64,000 nucleotides of DNA from Tubulanus polymorphus (lineage: Eukaryota; Animalia; Nemertea), in the NCBI RefSeq assembly GCF_964204645.1, contig NC_134025.1:6510001-6574000 (forward strand), read 5' to 3'. Both the position numbers and the translations under genes were made by a program. The notes below the pieces were generated by a model, which ran no database searches, was not told the origin of the DNA, and worked only from the letters and a program-made list of their open reading frames with translations. Positions 13,201 to 27,142 of the stretch are shown in pieces. Position 1 is the stretch's first letter. Each line of letters opens with the position of its first letter.

Positions 13201-16200
13201 ATAATGGGAGTCAGTATTTGTGCGAGCATGTTTGAACTTTCTATGTTTTATTATGCACATGAATGATAATATCACCTGATCAGAGTGATGTCTAACAGGT
13301 CTCAAACCGCCTAGGAAATCAGAACCTTCCGTGTGTAAATGACAGTTTATTGTGTACAATGTCTGTTTATTGTCTGCCGCGAATATTTGACAAACTGTTG
13401 TCTTGCCACAACTAGAAAATAAACACGTGGCAAGTCATTACTGAGTGAATATAGATGAAGAAAACATATCGATTTAAGACAAGAGAATTTTTACATAACA
13501 TACCCGGTTTCTCCGACCAGCAAAACTGGTTCACCAAATTTCAAAGCTTGTCCGACCATTGTTGCAAGCCGTCTCATACTAAATGTCCATACAACATGTT
13601 CGAAACCAGCTGGTGGCGCCTTGAAGATGGCAGTGCTCAAAACCTGATCCATGCTTTCACTTTCCGATGAAAACAAGTGAAGTGGATTGACAGTGCGTTT
13701 AAGGTGCTTTTTGAACACCTCTTGGATAACAATAGTCTCATCAGAGTTTCGGCACCTTCCAGCTAGAAGCATGTATCCTGTTGAATTCATAAAAACATAA
13801 CAAAGTTATTGATGAACCTTTGATAATTCAAATATCCTTTACAACGAAATACGCAATGAAATTCTCAAATTACCATGATCAGCAAGGTATTGATCCCAAT
13901 CAAAGTATTTTTGATGAGAGCCGGCTGTTGCCTGTCGGTATCGTTCAGCCCATCGGAACAAATCTCTCAGTGTTATGAATCCTTGTTTGCCGGCAAACAC
14001 TCCCGATGTCTTCCGTCTTGCTTGTAAATCTAACATAACCGCGACCAGTTTCTTGCAATAAGACGCAGGCATCTGACATCGTTGCTGAAGAATTGTTTGC
14101 AGTTCTGCGCTTGGGATGTCATCAAAGTGAAGTTCAACGAAACGATTGCGGAAAGCTCGCGATAATACCTAGAAAATCAGACACGGTACATTCTTCAACA
14201 CAACCGACAACGAACACATCATGTTCTTTAATGTAGAATTTATCTTACCTTACGTCCACCATAAAGTCCAGGAGGATTTTGTGTGGCAAACAACATGAAC
14301 CGTGAATGAGCTTTCACCGTCTCTTGAGTTTCCGGTATGAACAATTCTCTGTTATCATCCAACAACTGAAATCACAAGCACACACTCAATAAATATACCC
14401 TAAGTAAACAGGTGAACATAGGATTCATTAAAGCCAACTGAACTTACCCTATTTAGTGCTTCTAATACATCAGTTGGCGCCAGATTCAATTCATCTAAGA
14501 TAACCCAATATCCTTTCCTCATTGCGTCAACTAGCACACCTTTAAAACAATCAGCATTTACCAACAGTTTATTTATAAAGCTTTACAGTTAGTACAAGCA
14601 GTGCAGTACAAAACACATAGCTTTTAAAAAAAGTTACTCTTTGTTTACTCTTACCTTCTTTGAACTGTAATTTTCCATGTTGATCAGCTGCGTAACATCC
14701 AACATATTCCTGTAAATCTGTATGTTCATGATTATTGATACGCACGCAATGGTTCCCAGACGACTGCGCTAACCAGTTTATCAGACTGGTTTTACCAACT
14801 GATGTTTCTCCTTGCAACAACACCGGATGTCTTCTGCAAATTCGATAACATTCATATTGTCAATATCAACAACATTCTTTAATACTTGGTGAAATTGAAA
14901 GAGATCTCTAGACTTACCCAGCAGAAACTACACGACAAACATCCCGCAGGTTTGCACGAACAGATGGAGTTAGAACATAGTCACTGGAGGTATTAGGCTC
15001 CTTATCTCCTACACTGATCCAATATCCTTCAAATTTCAAGTATTTCCCACCACTAGAAGGTTCCGGTAGTGGTTGCTTCAAGATACTTTTTATGCTTGCT
15101 TTGCTACCAATGATATTGTGCAAAATTAACTGTTCCACAATTGGATGAGAGGCGCGATCTAACTGTGTAAGAAAACTAAAACAGAAGCCCTGAAATTAGA
15201 AAGTCACAAGGTATGAAACAATCATAACTCACATATAATCATCTTGACATTTTAGGATTGTTTACAAGAGGACAATGAAGAAATGTTCAGGATTTTCAAA
15301 ATTTTACCTCATACAATGATCGTGGTATACTTCCATACATATTAGAAGCAGCTTGTCGCAGTGCTCGACATAGAGTACGCAGACTGTAGTGAGGTCTGTG
15401 TCCAGTGCAATCAAGTAGTTTATTTGCAGCGGCTTCACGAACAGCAAAATAAAACTTCACAATCCCATCGACCTGAGAAACTGTCAATGCTAATCCTTGC
15501 AGGTAATCACTGACTAGAATTCGAAGATCTTGATTATCAGTGAGTTCATCAACAAATATTTCGGTAAACCTGTAAAAAAGACATCATTTTGTATTTTAGA
15601 AATTGAAGACATTTGAGTAATGTTTTCACAAATATACCACAATCAATATTATAGACCTATTTCTTATTCCAGGTGGCAGATCTTTTTTGCCAACATCAGT
15701 AGCAGGATTCATACAAGCAAACAATCGGAAATCAGGATGACGAACTATCGGTTTTGTATCTCTATAACAAATTAGAAATGAACAATATTAGATGACATAA
15801 ATAAGAAGAGTTAAAGACAAGTTTGAAACCTTAATTTCAAAGCAATCTATGAACTAATAAGTCCGACCACAAGTAAACAAGCAAAAGCAAATCATGAGAA
15901 TTTACCCCCTTTCCAGTAATACAATTGAACCTATTGTACTCTCTAACAATCCTCCTAAACATTCCAGTGTTTCAGCAGATGCCAGGTTTATTTCATCAAG
16001 TAACACCCAATCACCGGCTTTCAATGCCTTCACTAACGTTCCCTGAAAACAGTCATTCACAGTTTACAGAAGATCAAGTTGAATTACAGGGGTAATATTC
16101 AATCTGAAGAAATCATTTTGATGTTTTGTACCTCCATAAACATGAAAGCCAATGCACTTTCAGCATACTTCACTTGAAGTTGTAAATGTTTGATTTTGTC

Positions 16201-19200
16201 CAGAATTTCAGACCATTGATTGTTTAATACTGCATCTAGAAGACAGAATTGTCACAACCGCAAATAAGATTGAATCGGTAGCATACTTATGAATTTCGAA
16301 CAAAATAAACCACAGGACCATAAGACACTGCAAGAACGCTTGTTAGTTATCTATGCTTTAAATCTTTAAGTTCCAAAGAAATTATGTTACCCTCATGTGA
16401 GTTAACCGTAGAGGCTAATACATTCACATCGCAGCGCAAGTAGCACACACATATAAGTACACTAAAACTGATCATGCTTAATAAAGCAACTAACCTCCTT
16501 TATATTTCTCAACTGCAATTTTAGATGGATGTTCTATAAGCTTCAACAAATCAGACCATCTCTTCTTACTAAAACATTGCTGTAATTACATAAGGAAAAG
16601 GATTAATGCTTTAAGATCGATATCAATATCAATGAAAATTTCTTCTTATTCTTCATCATCACTTTTATTTATGTCTTCACCTGTATGTGACTTAAGAATT
16701 TTGCATTTTGTTTCCTGGAGAAATGATTGAGGAATGCCATTTCAAACATCTCACGAACCGGAGCAACCATGTGTCTCATATCAACTGGACGATACCTACA
16801 AATTTTGTCATGAGAAATCATTACAGTATACATGTATTGCACTTTTCAGACCCTAGAGGTAAAGAGTTACTAGGTATACTTACCCTCCGAGTAAGTCAGT
16901 ACTATCGCTTTGTTGATTCATATTTATCACATGTAATTTGTGTCCACATTGATCAGACAAATACTGGACTAAAGATGTTTTACCAGTTCCAGTTTCTCCT
17001 ACTAGTAATACTGGCTCCATATTCTGTACACTCACTGCCACTTTCTCTAATAGATTACATGCTTGGCAAGTATATGAGAATTTCGCCATTCTCTTCCTGT
17101 AATGAAAGTACGATTTCAAACGAAAGACTACATCATAAAGACTGCAAGCTATGTTATGATTTAGGACATGTACCTTTTCAGAACTGCATGTTCAGATTGT
17201 TTTCGAATGACTGTACCACGACCTATAGTGAGGTGGTTGCTAGTTATTTCAATGCTTGGTTTATAGTATTTGCAATAAAATTCTGCCTGCAATGATGCAA
17301 TTTACAAAATTTAAATTTTGAATCAGCAAAAATTATACCGTAACTTTATTAAATATGGCGAGAATATCTCATACCTTAGCTTTAAGAACATTCATTTTCA
17401 CAGTCATAGCAGTTGCTAAAGCAATACGTTTGTCATAATCGCGTAAACAACAACAGAAACAATCTATTGCTTCCTGATATACGACATGCGAAGATGTACT
17501 AACATCAAAATCAACTGCGATTCGACTACACCATTTCATTAGATCTCTAAAAAGAAAGAAAAAATTACCGAACCATGTTAGTTGTCAAAAACATATATTT
17601 GTATATCATTTTGAGACTAACTGATGGTTTTATAGAAGTAGCAATAAAACAAGACAACATTGATTAATTACCTAGTTGACAGTAAACGTCCATCATGGAT
17701 CAGAAACTGACCAACTGAACTGTCCTCATCATTTCTATCCATTGCGTCACTTGATAATTCATGTTTACCAGCAGATAACATGAAATATATATCTAACAGT
17801 CTACCACAGACAGTCGCTAATGCTGGATACTTTGTTTCGATTACCTAAAATCATCATTCAATATCTTAATATCAATACACAAACAAGGCAGTTTCAAGAA
17901 TCTGAAAATGTTCTTTTGATATGAAGTACCTTCTGCAATTCAGTACGAGCTAATGGCTCAACGGTAATAGGTGTCATCAATCGACTTAACATGTTACAAT
18001 TTGATGATTGTTGTTTGTACCATCCTTCTGAACTTCCAAGTAACCTAAATATGAAGGCAAGTATTTTGATAAGTCAAATAACGTGATTAAACTGATTTAT
18101 TTGCAAATACAAAAAAGGATGAAATATTTACCTTTGAGTGAGAAATAGTTGAAAACCGGGATGAGCTTTAATCTCTCCATGTCCTGGAACTGACAGGGTT
18201 GAATTCTCTAAAATCGGCAATAATATCGACACAACATCCATTGGCGCATAATCTATATCCTCCAGTAATAGCCATCTTCCTTCAGTAAGGGCTACAGTTA
18301 ATGCTCCTGGTTGCCATACGAACTCTCCCGGGATATCTGTACACCTATACGTACCAAGCAATGCCTGCAAAAAGACAATTTTTGTCCAGTTATGCAACAT
18401 AAATAATCCATCATCAAACCATAAATGAAGCAACCAATACCTTGCTATCAGTTTGATCACCGAGTTGAACTTTCATCAAATACTGTGAATCATCTCGCCC
18501 GGTTTTCTTGGCAAGATGTTCGACAAGGGCAGTTTTTCCACATCCAACAGGTCCTTGCAGTAACACACCTCGCCCTGACGCCACAGCCAATGCTAAACTA
18601 CGTAAATTGCGTTGTGTAGATGGAACACAAATCAAATCTTCAAATACAACCTGAAAATAGACATCTTATTATTCACTGACCAACTAATTTTATTCTAACG
18701 GAGACAAATTTTATCATATAATCAGATTTTATGGAAAGAACTATCTTTTCAGGCAGAGTCAATGTGGTTTAAACCTTATGTTACCTTGCTGTTGTTGTTG
18801 TTGATTTTTGGAAGTAATATTCCACAAATGGAAACAATTTCAGGTGAAAGATCAGTACTGACGATAGTACGGATAGTATGTGTTTGAGTTTCTGCAGCAT
18901 TATCATTCTCTGGTTGTTTCGCATTTGTTAACAGCATAGCCTTGTCATGATTGAACGCAGATTCACTGTGATACCTGAAAATAGATCACCAAGACATTTT
19001 ATTCACACCAGGTACAAGTTAATGAACATCAGAACTCAAAATATAACAAATCATCTCTGTGAAATTAAATATATTGATTAAAATGGTCCCATTTTAACAG
19101 AAAGAACTTACTTTATCATGAGTCTTTCAACTTCACATTTTGGCTCAATTGCGCTGTAAGCAAATTTCTGGAATTGGGCATCGGTCAGACCAGTTATGAT

Positions 19201-22085
19201 ACCAATACATTGAATGCAAAACCTAAGTAAGAAATGTTTCCATTAGAAACAAGTACAGGAATTATGAAAGACAAGAAATCTTATAAGATGACAAATAATT
19301 CAAACAATGCAGATCAGATCTTACCATCTTGTCTCTAAATCGTTATTTTTCAGAAAGTCTAGCAATTCACTCCAGTCCCAATGGGCAAGGAGTGACTGCC
19401 TGAGAGGTGCAATGCATAAACAGTAGTAGACTGCTTTAACCAGGGCACATGAGGATGGCTTCGTATTACAAAATTCTGTCTGTCTTTTACCCTTTAGAAA
19501 CGATAATAACAAATCCAAATTTCAGCAAAACATTCATTTGGCCTACATCCATTGTTAAGCATTTGGGATTGATTTTCAAAAATAAAACTACACATTCATC
19601 TAAAATTAAGGAAGAATTATTGAGTTTTAAGTACCCCAAATATGACTTTACCTTCTTAGCTTTTTTGCGAACTGGTTCACCACTGTCATTAGATGTGTCA
19701 TCACTGGTAAAAAATGGAGATTTCAATTGGAAATATCCTAAGCTGAATCTGAAAAACATTTCAAACGTCATTTATACAGCCTATAAAACAGTTTGTATTA
19801 CACAGTGTAGGGCTGGCTTCTTTCAAAGATCAGTTTACATTTTAATATCTCACCTGATTGCATCAGGACAAATATTCAGCACCTTGCTCAATGCAATGGA
19901 TAAATGCTGATACTGCAGATGAGTCCTTGCATATGTTTTTGTTCTGTGAAGTACTTCCAGTAAAACTGGGCGGAATGCATGACAAATATCTATAGTACAA
20001 TTACTATCGAAGAACAGCTGTGCCGCTACATCAAGCACTAAATTACGGTCCCGAACGGTCCATATCTGCAAATAAAGGTTTATATGTGCACAACGTTTTA
20101 ACTATAAACCTAGACCTAACCCACTACCATCTGGACGTGTTAGACCTGTACCCTCTGGTCTGGGCCTGGACCCTACAGCCCTACCCTCTGGACCCTTATG
20201 GCTGATTTTCTGCAGTTGACCCCTGAAATCCTGCAGTTGTAAAAGCCACTATTTAGTTTATTTTTCACTAAATCCCAGAGTTGGAAATGATGCACATCAC
20301 CCCCTCTCCCTAACAGTCAGGAACACTTTCCAAAAACGGCTTATTCTGCCAATTTCGGCGTTTTCCGCCAATTACGGCAGAATCAGCCGTTTATGGATCA
20401 CTCAGTTTTGAAACTTTCACAGTCGTTTATGGCTTAATCCAGCCAGTTTCAGCTCACTAAGTTTCGAGCTTTGCTTTAAAGTTTTTTGCGCACTTCCGGT
20501 TCAATTAGCGCATGTTGCCGATGACGTCATAATCTCGAGCAGACGATAAGCTTTCATATGACGCTAGGATGGAAATTTTTGAGCTAGGTAAAGTGGTCAA
20601 ATTTACGTTTTTCTAAATGATTACGTCATATGAAGCCCAAAAACTCCGGGAAAACTCTCAAAACTACTACAGCATGAAACAAGTTTATTAATCATGATTT
20701 TTGTTAAAAATAAATTTGGGAACTAGTTTTAAAAACTATTATAAAGTTTTCAAGTAAACGTTGCCATGGGTACACATAAAAACATTCGCCATTTCTGGCG
20801 TATTCCGCCGTTTTTGGCGTAGTTAGTTTTATAATCATAAACTATTAAGCCATTATTGGCAGTCCACTTGTTATATATGAGGATTCCCCCACCCACTTAG
20901 ACGTTTCCCCTAGTGTCTACACAGTACTTTTTTCGGAATAAAATAATTAATTTGCTGAGGTGAACGGATGTGTAAATATAATATGTTAAAAATAAAATTA
21001 TTATTATTATAATTATCATTCTCATAAGACAAATCAATCATGGATGTATAAACTAGTGTATCAAAAATCTAGTTTTAAGTTTTGCCCATGGTCTTATCTT
21101 GCCTAATAAAGCATAGAATGGTTGAGGGATATATTGGACTGCATATGATGTTGGTTAATTGAAGGTAATTAACATCTTCGATGCCTCCAAGCTAATTGAT
21201 GGATTCTTGTGATGGATAGTGATTGAATGAATTGGTGGCCGATGACGTTACAACTCAAAATCGATACAGCTGTATCTAGACTCATTTCAAAATACAACAA
21301 ACATTTTGGGATACATGTATGTATATATTTATTTCATAGAATACAGGTATACAGAAAGAACAGAATTCAAATACATTTGCCATCGGAAATCCATACATTT
21401 ATATTTAATTCTTTCTTGAAGCCTGGAACGGATCAATGAGATTAATTTTTCGGCGCAAATATACAAATGTATGCCAGCAGAAAAGCGATGATGTCATAAT
21501 AGGGACTCCCATCGAACTAAGCATTATAAATAGCACCTGTAAAACTATCTAAGCTAAAAACGCCGTTTCTGGCGATGTAGTTTTAAAAACTGTAACAGCT
21601 GAAAACGGCGGAAATGGCGTTTTTTAAGAACAAGCCAAAAATGGCAGAAAACGCCGATTTCGGCTAAATTGGCAGAAGCAGTTTAAAACTGAGTAATCCA
21701 TAAATGGCTGATTCTGCCGTTATTGGCGGAAAACGCCGAAATTGGCAGAATAAGCCGTTTTTGGAAAGTGTTCCTGACTGCCTAATAAAATTAAATATTG
21801 CATTAAATCTTGCCCAGTTGGAGTCATAAATCTCCCAAATTCAAGATGAATTGTCCCTTTCATTTATAAAAAGGCTGTCTAGTAACGCCCTTCTTAACCT
21901 TATATACTGTTTGATCAAAAATGTGTCATTAATTAATTTTCCAACAAGGTAGTTTAAAAGTAACAGAAAACCCGGAAGTAAATTACCTGCTTCGATAGGA
22001 AGTCTTTAAACCTTTCACCACACGTTTTATTTTGACGGCAGACGCTTTCTAATGATTGCGATATATTTGCTGTTAAATCATCCAT
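10243..22085 (-). CDS. MDN1: Midasin (MDN1/Rea1) AAA ATPase, 5' part: N-terminal domain and AAA1 to the start of AAA6, about 37 exons; continues or is truncated beyond 10243
   Basis: Exon 1 (21987-22085) MDDL...FLSKQ splices to IWTVRDRNLVLD..., matching the midasin N-terminus (FLAKQVWT...). Six Walker A motifs occur in order: GPVGCGKT, GETGTGKT, GETSVGKT, GETG/CGKT, GSPGVGKT, GPQSSGKT. Typical motifs include GEFVWQPG, LDEINLA, ATMNPGGDYGKKE, GSPWEFNIRD and MDTTEMLGGFEQ. GT-AG junctions preserve the frame where checked. Confidence 0.96.
20314..21780. mobile_element. Non-autonomous DNA transposon, 1467 bp, about 95 bp TIRs, 5 bp TSD (CCTAA), in midasin intron 1
   Basis: The left end CAGTCAGGAACACTTTCCAAAAACGGCTTATTCTGCCAATTTCGGCG... 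is mirrored at the right end (...GGAAAGTGTTCCTGACTG) with few mismatches. Flanks read cctaa|element|cctaa. Subterminal ggcg/cgcc-rich repeats are present and there is no transposase ORF. Confidence 0.92.
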
Positions 22086-22164
22086 AGTATTTACGGTACA
22101 AACTATATGACATCATATAAACATATATATTTCTACGTCTGCGTAAAAGTTTGTTTATATTCTA

Positions 22165-22170
22165 CACGTG
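22165..22170. promoter_or_regulatory. Canonical E-box CACGTG 80 nt upstream of the midasin ATG (candidate Myc/Max site)
   Basis: Motif seen directly. An ETS-type CCGGAAGT lies at 21972-21979, just inside intron 1. Myc control of ribosome-biogenesis genes is established. Confidence 0.45.
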
Positions 22171-22688
22171 GGTCTGGGACATACGAGTTTCATGGGACGG
22201 CGGGCACACTGAACGGACTAATGGAACGGACGATAATTACTGCTCTGCGCACGGTCTGACCACAGGGACTTGTATTTGAAGTTTGGGGGTGAACTGTAAT
22301 TTAGATCATCCAGTATCCCTGGTACTATATACAGTGCTGATTTAAGCCGATAATTTTCTCGGAATCTGACCCACATGTCGGTAAATAGTTTGTCGACTAC
22401 CATGGCATAGAACCTCAACGACTTTGGCAAGTGAGTATCATGTTAGTTCACATTTTCCCCGCTTTCGTAATACATAGAGGCAGCACTAGACGGTCGACAT
22501 TAATTTCTCGCTACTGTGACAGGCGATTGTTATAATAGCCGGCCGCTAATGCTTTATTCAATGAAATTATTCTCTTAATAAATACTTTAATAAAGCCACT
22601 TTTTATGATTCCAATTTATTCTTTCCGATTTGATTTTGATGTAAAATATATTAAATCATGTGTACAGGGCCAGTCTGTCCATGATTGG

Positions 22689-22786
22689 CATCCTCCCTCT
22701 GCAGGGACTCGAACCTGATGGCATCGCTACACTCAGCCGTGGCAATCTCGATGCCATCAGGTTCGAATCCCTGCCGGGGGAGGATG
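22689..22786. repeat. Fold-back inverted repeat: 38 bp arms (3 differences) and a 22 nt loop, each arm with a tRNA B-box-like motif
   Basis: catcctccctctgcagggactcgaacctgatggcatcg (22689-22726) pairs with cgatgccatcaggttcgaatccctgccgggggaggatg (22749-22786). B-box-like motifs are GGTTCGAATCCC on + and GGTTCGAGTCCC on -. Confidence 0.9.
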
Positions 22787-25700
22787 ATGATTGGATGGTT
22801 GACCATGGACCACGGACGTATAAACTAGATTACATCAATGATTTTACAAATCATGACGAGCAGTCACAATGTGTAGCATGGGCACAAATTCACTGATAAG
22901 TGCTACTTTTTTCCGAACCAACAGTGCTGAAAAGCGCTTACTTTTGCTATTACAAGCCATGCATTGTTGGGTAGAATTAGATGTTATGAATTTAACTGAT
23001 GATGATGTTTTAGATCTGGATTCAGCATACAAAATCAAACACAACAAAACAAACACACTCATAGTTCATATTTACACTGATTGACCTTTAATTCATAGTC
23101 TTCTGTACAATAATACACAACCAAAACACATAAGAGAAGATTTAGATTCAGACAGACTATTATTTGTAATAGTAGTAAGATGGATATCGAGGTGGAACAC
23201 TTGTCAGTTTCGGTGGATAAAATGGCAGAAATAATGTCAATGCTTGCTCTCCACCCTTTACAACAAGATACGGAAGAACTGACTGTCTATTTTTTACTTT
23301 ATTTACTATATGTAATGTCTGATGCATAGAGAAAGACATACATCTCATCTGGTAGTTTAATGACAAATAACTGAAAAAGCTCTAATCTTGACAATGGAAT
23401 TATTGAGTATGGACATGGTACAATCTTGGAGAATTGCTCCAAGGTACAATGTACTGATCAAATCAGTGTTCCTCGAGCAATCAGTAACTAAATTGTCTTC
23501 CAGTGCTGGTTGTTCTACAGACAAGATTTAAATTCAAAGATTGGCCTATTAACTATTAAGGCAGGATTTTTTATGCCAAATTTTGTACCTTTGACTGTGG
23601 ATCTAGGCATTCGATTACAAATTTTATCACACACCCATCTAATATTACAGAAATAACCAAACTTGCATACTTAAATTAATTTCCAAGTTTCCTTTTCATG
23701 CCTATATTGAACGAGCCAGCCAGTTAGTTTCACATATTAAACAGTATCCACAACTAACTGAAGTTAAACTACATATTGTTATATTATTTCCTTTTTGTAG
23801 GGACAGTACAACAGGAATACACCATACATATGCATTTCATTATATCCTGTTGTCAATTGAAGTTGATCCACATCTATCCACTTGATGATTTTTCAATGAA
23901 TGATGACAATTTTCTAGAGTGCGATGTAAATTATCTGATATATTTATTCATTTATATATCTATTTATTTATGTAGAATATCAATTATTGTTATCAGTATT
24001 ATCATTACATATCAACGCCTAACCATGGGTATTTACAAAATGATTTCGACATATTTGCAACTGTCTCCTGTCATTGCTGACAAGAAATTCAATGAAGCAG
24101 ATAACAGGAGACAGCTACAATTAATGAATCTTATCCCTCTACTGTTAGTATACACAAGTCAAGTATCTAAAACATCAAATCCAGCCAAGACGCCAACCAG
24201 TTTTAAAAGTGTCATTCAACTATGTGTACATAAATGTGACAAAACTCTAAAAGTCAAACCTGTGCAATTTGTAAGCCAAGAAAATGTATTTGATGACAGT
24301 AAAATTCTCTCAACGATTTGTTTTAAAGATAGAGCAGAAATGACATGTCCATAGAAGCAGTTGAGATGATGATGAATTATATACAAATGTATGAAAAGAG
24401 AAATTGGAGAGAGATAGTGACAGCCAGAGATAGAGTCCTTGGAAATTATCAAAGAGAAATAAAGTGAACAAAAGCGTATTAGAGGCGATACATACAGAAA
24501 GCCCCTATTATAAGAATCTCATCAAGCCTTACATGTGTTGCTTCTTAGAAATAGCGATGTGTAAATGAGCGAATGTGTCAATTAATGCTGGTGTGCAACC
24601 GTATAAATCTACATAATGCCTACTAACACTTCCTTGAGTCTCGAGAATCACATTATCATCAATATAGATAAGTCAGTGTACCTATCATAGATTTAAAAGA
24701 CTAGATATACACATATATTTGTTTTGACACTCTTGGCATTATACTCAAATAAATGATACAAGTAAAAGACTGTGAAGAGCTGACTAGTAGAACTTTCTGA
24801 TTGTGGCAATTCATTTGACTGCCAAAGTTTGGCCATATAGTTTGACACTTCAAGCACTTTGATGAATTAAAATACTTTTTAATCAATGAGAAGTGGCTTA
24901 AAAATGAAATTATTCCAAAAGTCTTAAGAAATAGTTTCATTTTCAATGATTTTTGCCATATGATTTAAAAATGCAGTAATTCATGTCAGAAATTAGGTTT
25001 TAAGAAGAGGGTGTGGGAAAGTGGAGTCAGTATCGAAATATACATAACGGTATGTAAATTATCAACAGCTAGGAAATATATATATACAGATGTCTATATC
25101 TATATTCTGAATACACAAAGGAAATACAGGTATTCAGGATGCAAACAGTTACAATTCATACACAAATCATGTACATCGTGTGCTGATTAACATATGTACG
25201 ATCTTATAACACAGAACAAAATTAACTCAACAAGACAGAGAAACTGAACTCCAGAATGAATATATCTTTCCTCTCTCGGAGAAGATTCCATTTTCATTTG
25301 AAAACTGCTTTCTTGGATACTGATAGGGTTTATCGATGGCTCAGCTCAATGTATCATATCAATAACAATTAATTTTACATAACAAACAACATATCAAACA
25401 ACAACACACATTGAAAGTCTATCACATTCTATTTGTGTACACACTACCGCAATATTCGTGGCAGCCTTGGCTAAACTATAAAAAATACAAAAATAACAAA
25501 AAAAACCGATTCAGTTTTTCTTGGCAACATGAAATTAACTCGCAACTTGGGCCTCAGTTTGTACCTACATATAGCATAACACATAGTGATTGAAATTCTA
25601 GGGCCCAGTTTCGAAGATTGGTAGCGCTTTTAACATTTTTCATTTACTTCCACGGCTTCTCATTATTATGGTACCTTGGTAGTTAGCTCCAATGCTTTAT

Positions 25701-26573
25701 ATTTAACCCCGATTTTGGTAGCATTTTCACCCCGAAATTAACTAAATCTTCAAAATGGTCTCAATTTGCCAGATTGGGTTGACTGAATAAAGACTTCAAA
25801 CCTTAGTAAGATTATTTGACTGTCTTTATGGTATTTCCCTCTTTATATTTCCAAGTTCAAACATGGATTTAGCAGCATTTCAACCACAGTGCTGTGATAA
25901 ACCTTCCCGTAATGCCAATATTTGTAACAACATTCATTATTGTAACAATTCAAACACACAAACCTATACAGATGATTTATACAAAATAATATTTAATAAA
26001 TAATAGTTAATTGTGTTAACAAATGATGATGACAGCAGACTTGCAACAGGGAAAGATCACCACCAGGAAGACTCGCAGCTCTGTTCATTTTTTTCAGATT
26101 TCCAGAAAATTCTAACGCAAGAGAATAGCAATAAGCAGTTAGTTTTTACAAGGCAATAATAATCATTTCAAAAGGATCATTTTAATCCAGATTTTGTTTG
26201 AATATGGCCAGTCTTTGAATCCGCTGAAATAAACGTGGAATAGAGTTTAAATCCAAAACAAGATGAATTTTCTCTCAGTCCAAAATAATCCACATTAAGC
26301 GTTAAGCAGGCTTTATTGTGTAAAGTGAGTGATCAGTCATTGTCTGCATGAAATTAAGCTTTTGAGAAGCTAGATGTAGTAAAGTGTTCCTAAACAGACA
26401 AATTGAAAATAATTTATAACTGATGGCATTACATCATACAAGCTAACTAAAAATAACTGCAAGTGAACACACCAATGCTATAATATTTATATAGTTTATA
26501 GGACTCTTTCTGGAATATATAGTATTTATAGTAACCATCTTATTTATAATATATATATATATTCATATGTATG

Positions 26574-26580
<7 letters not shown>

Positions 26581-26627
<47 letters not shown>
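26581..26627. repeat. (TA)n microsatellite, probably in the tomosyn 3' UTR
   Basis: Direct observation. Confidence 0.95.
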
Positions 26628-26634
<7 letters not shown>

Positions 26635-27142
26635 TATCCTGTGTGTATGTACGTGTGTGTGTGTGTACTCAATATGTATAATTTTTGGAAGTAGTTTTTC
26701 ACCCAGTGGTGCAACGCATAAATGATGATGTCGATGTCATCTTCTCTCTCTCCTCGTCCATCGAGGAATCTCAATCAATCAGCACCCTCTATTGTGTGTT
26801 TATTACACTCTTTTTTATGTTGTAATGACAACAAACACATGATCACAGACAATCAGTCACTATAATGAATATAGCGTTCGCTCAGTTTCCGATATATTTG
26901 GTATCTGTTTGATTCTGTTGCTCCCTCGACTACTGATCAGCTGCGCCGAAACATATCACAATCAAGCTCAGTTTAATAACAATTTTTTTCTCCAATGCGC
27001 CCTCGATATATGCAGCGAGTTAAGTCACAGGGATCACAGATAATTGATCGGATTAATAATCGCATTCGTATCAATCAAGCGTTTACAAAGAATCGCGATT
27101 TCAACAACAATACACAGTGAAATGTGATGCCGACAATTCCTC

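Noticed and set aside
16708-17295. 195 aa plus-strand ORF
   Set aside because: Antisense to midasin exons and introns, with no domain-like content.
23776-24354. 192 aa plus-strand ORF
   Set aside because: Non-ATG start, low-complexity Ile/Tyr-rich translation of AT-rich probable UTR.
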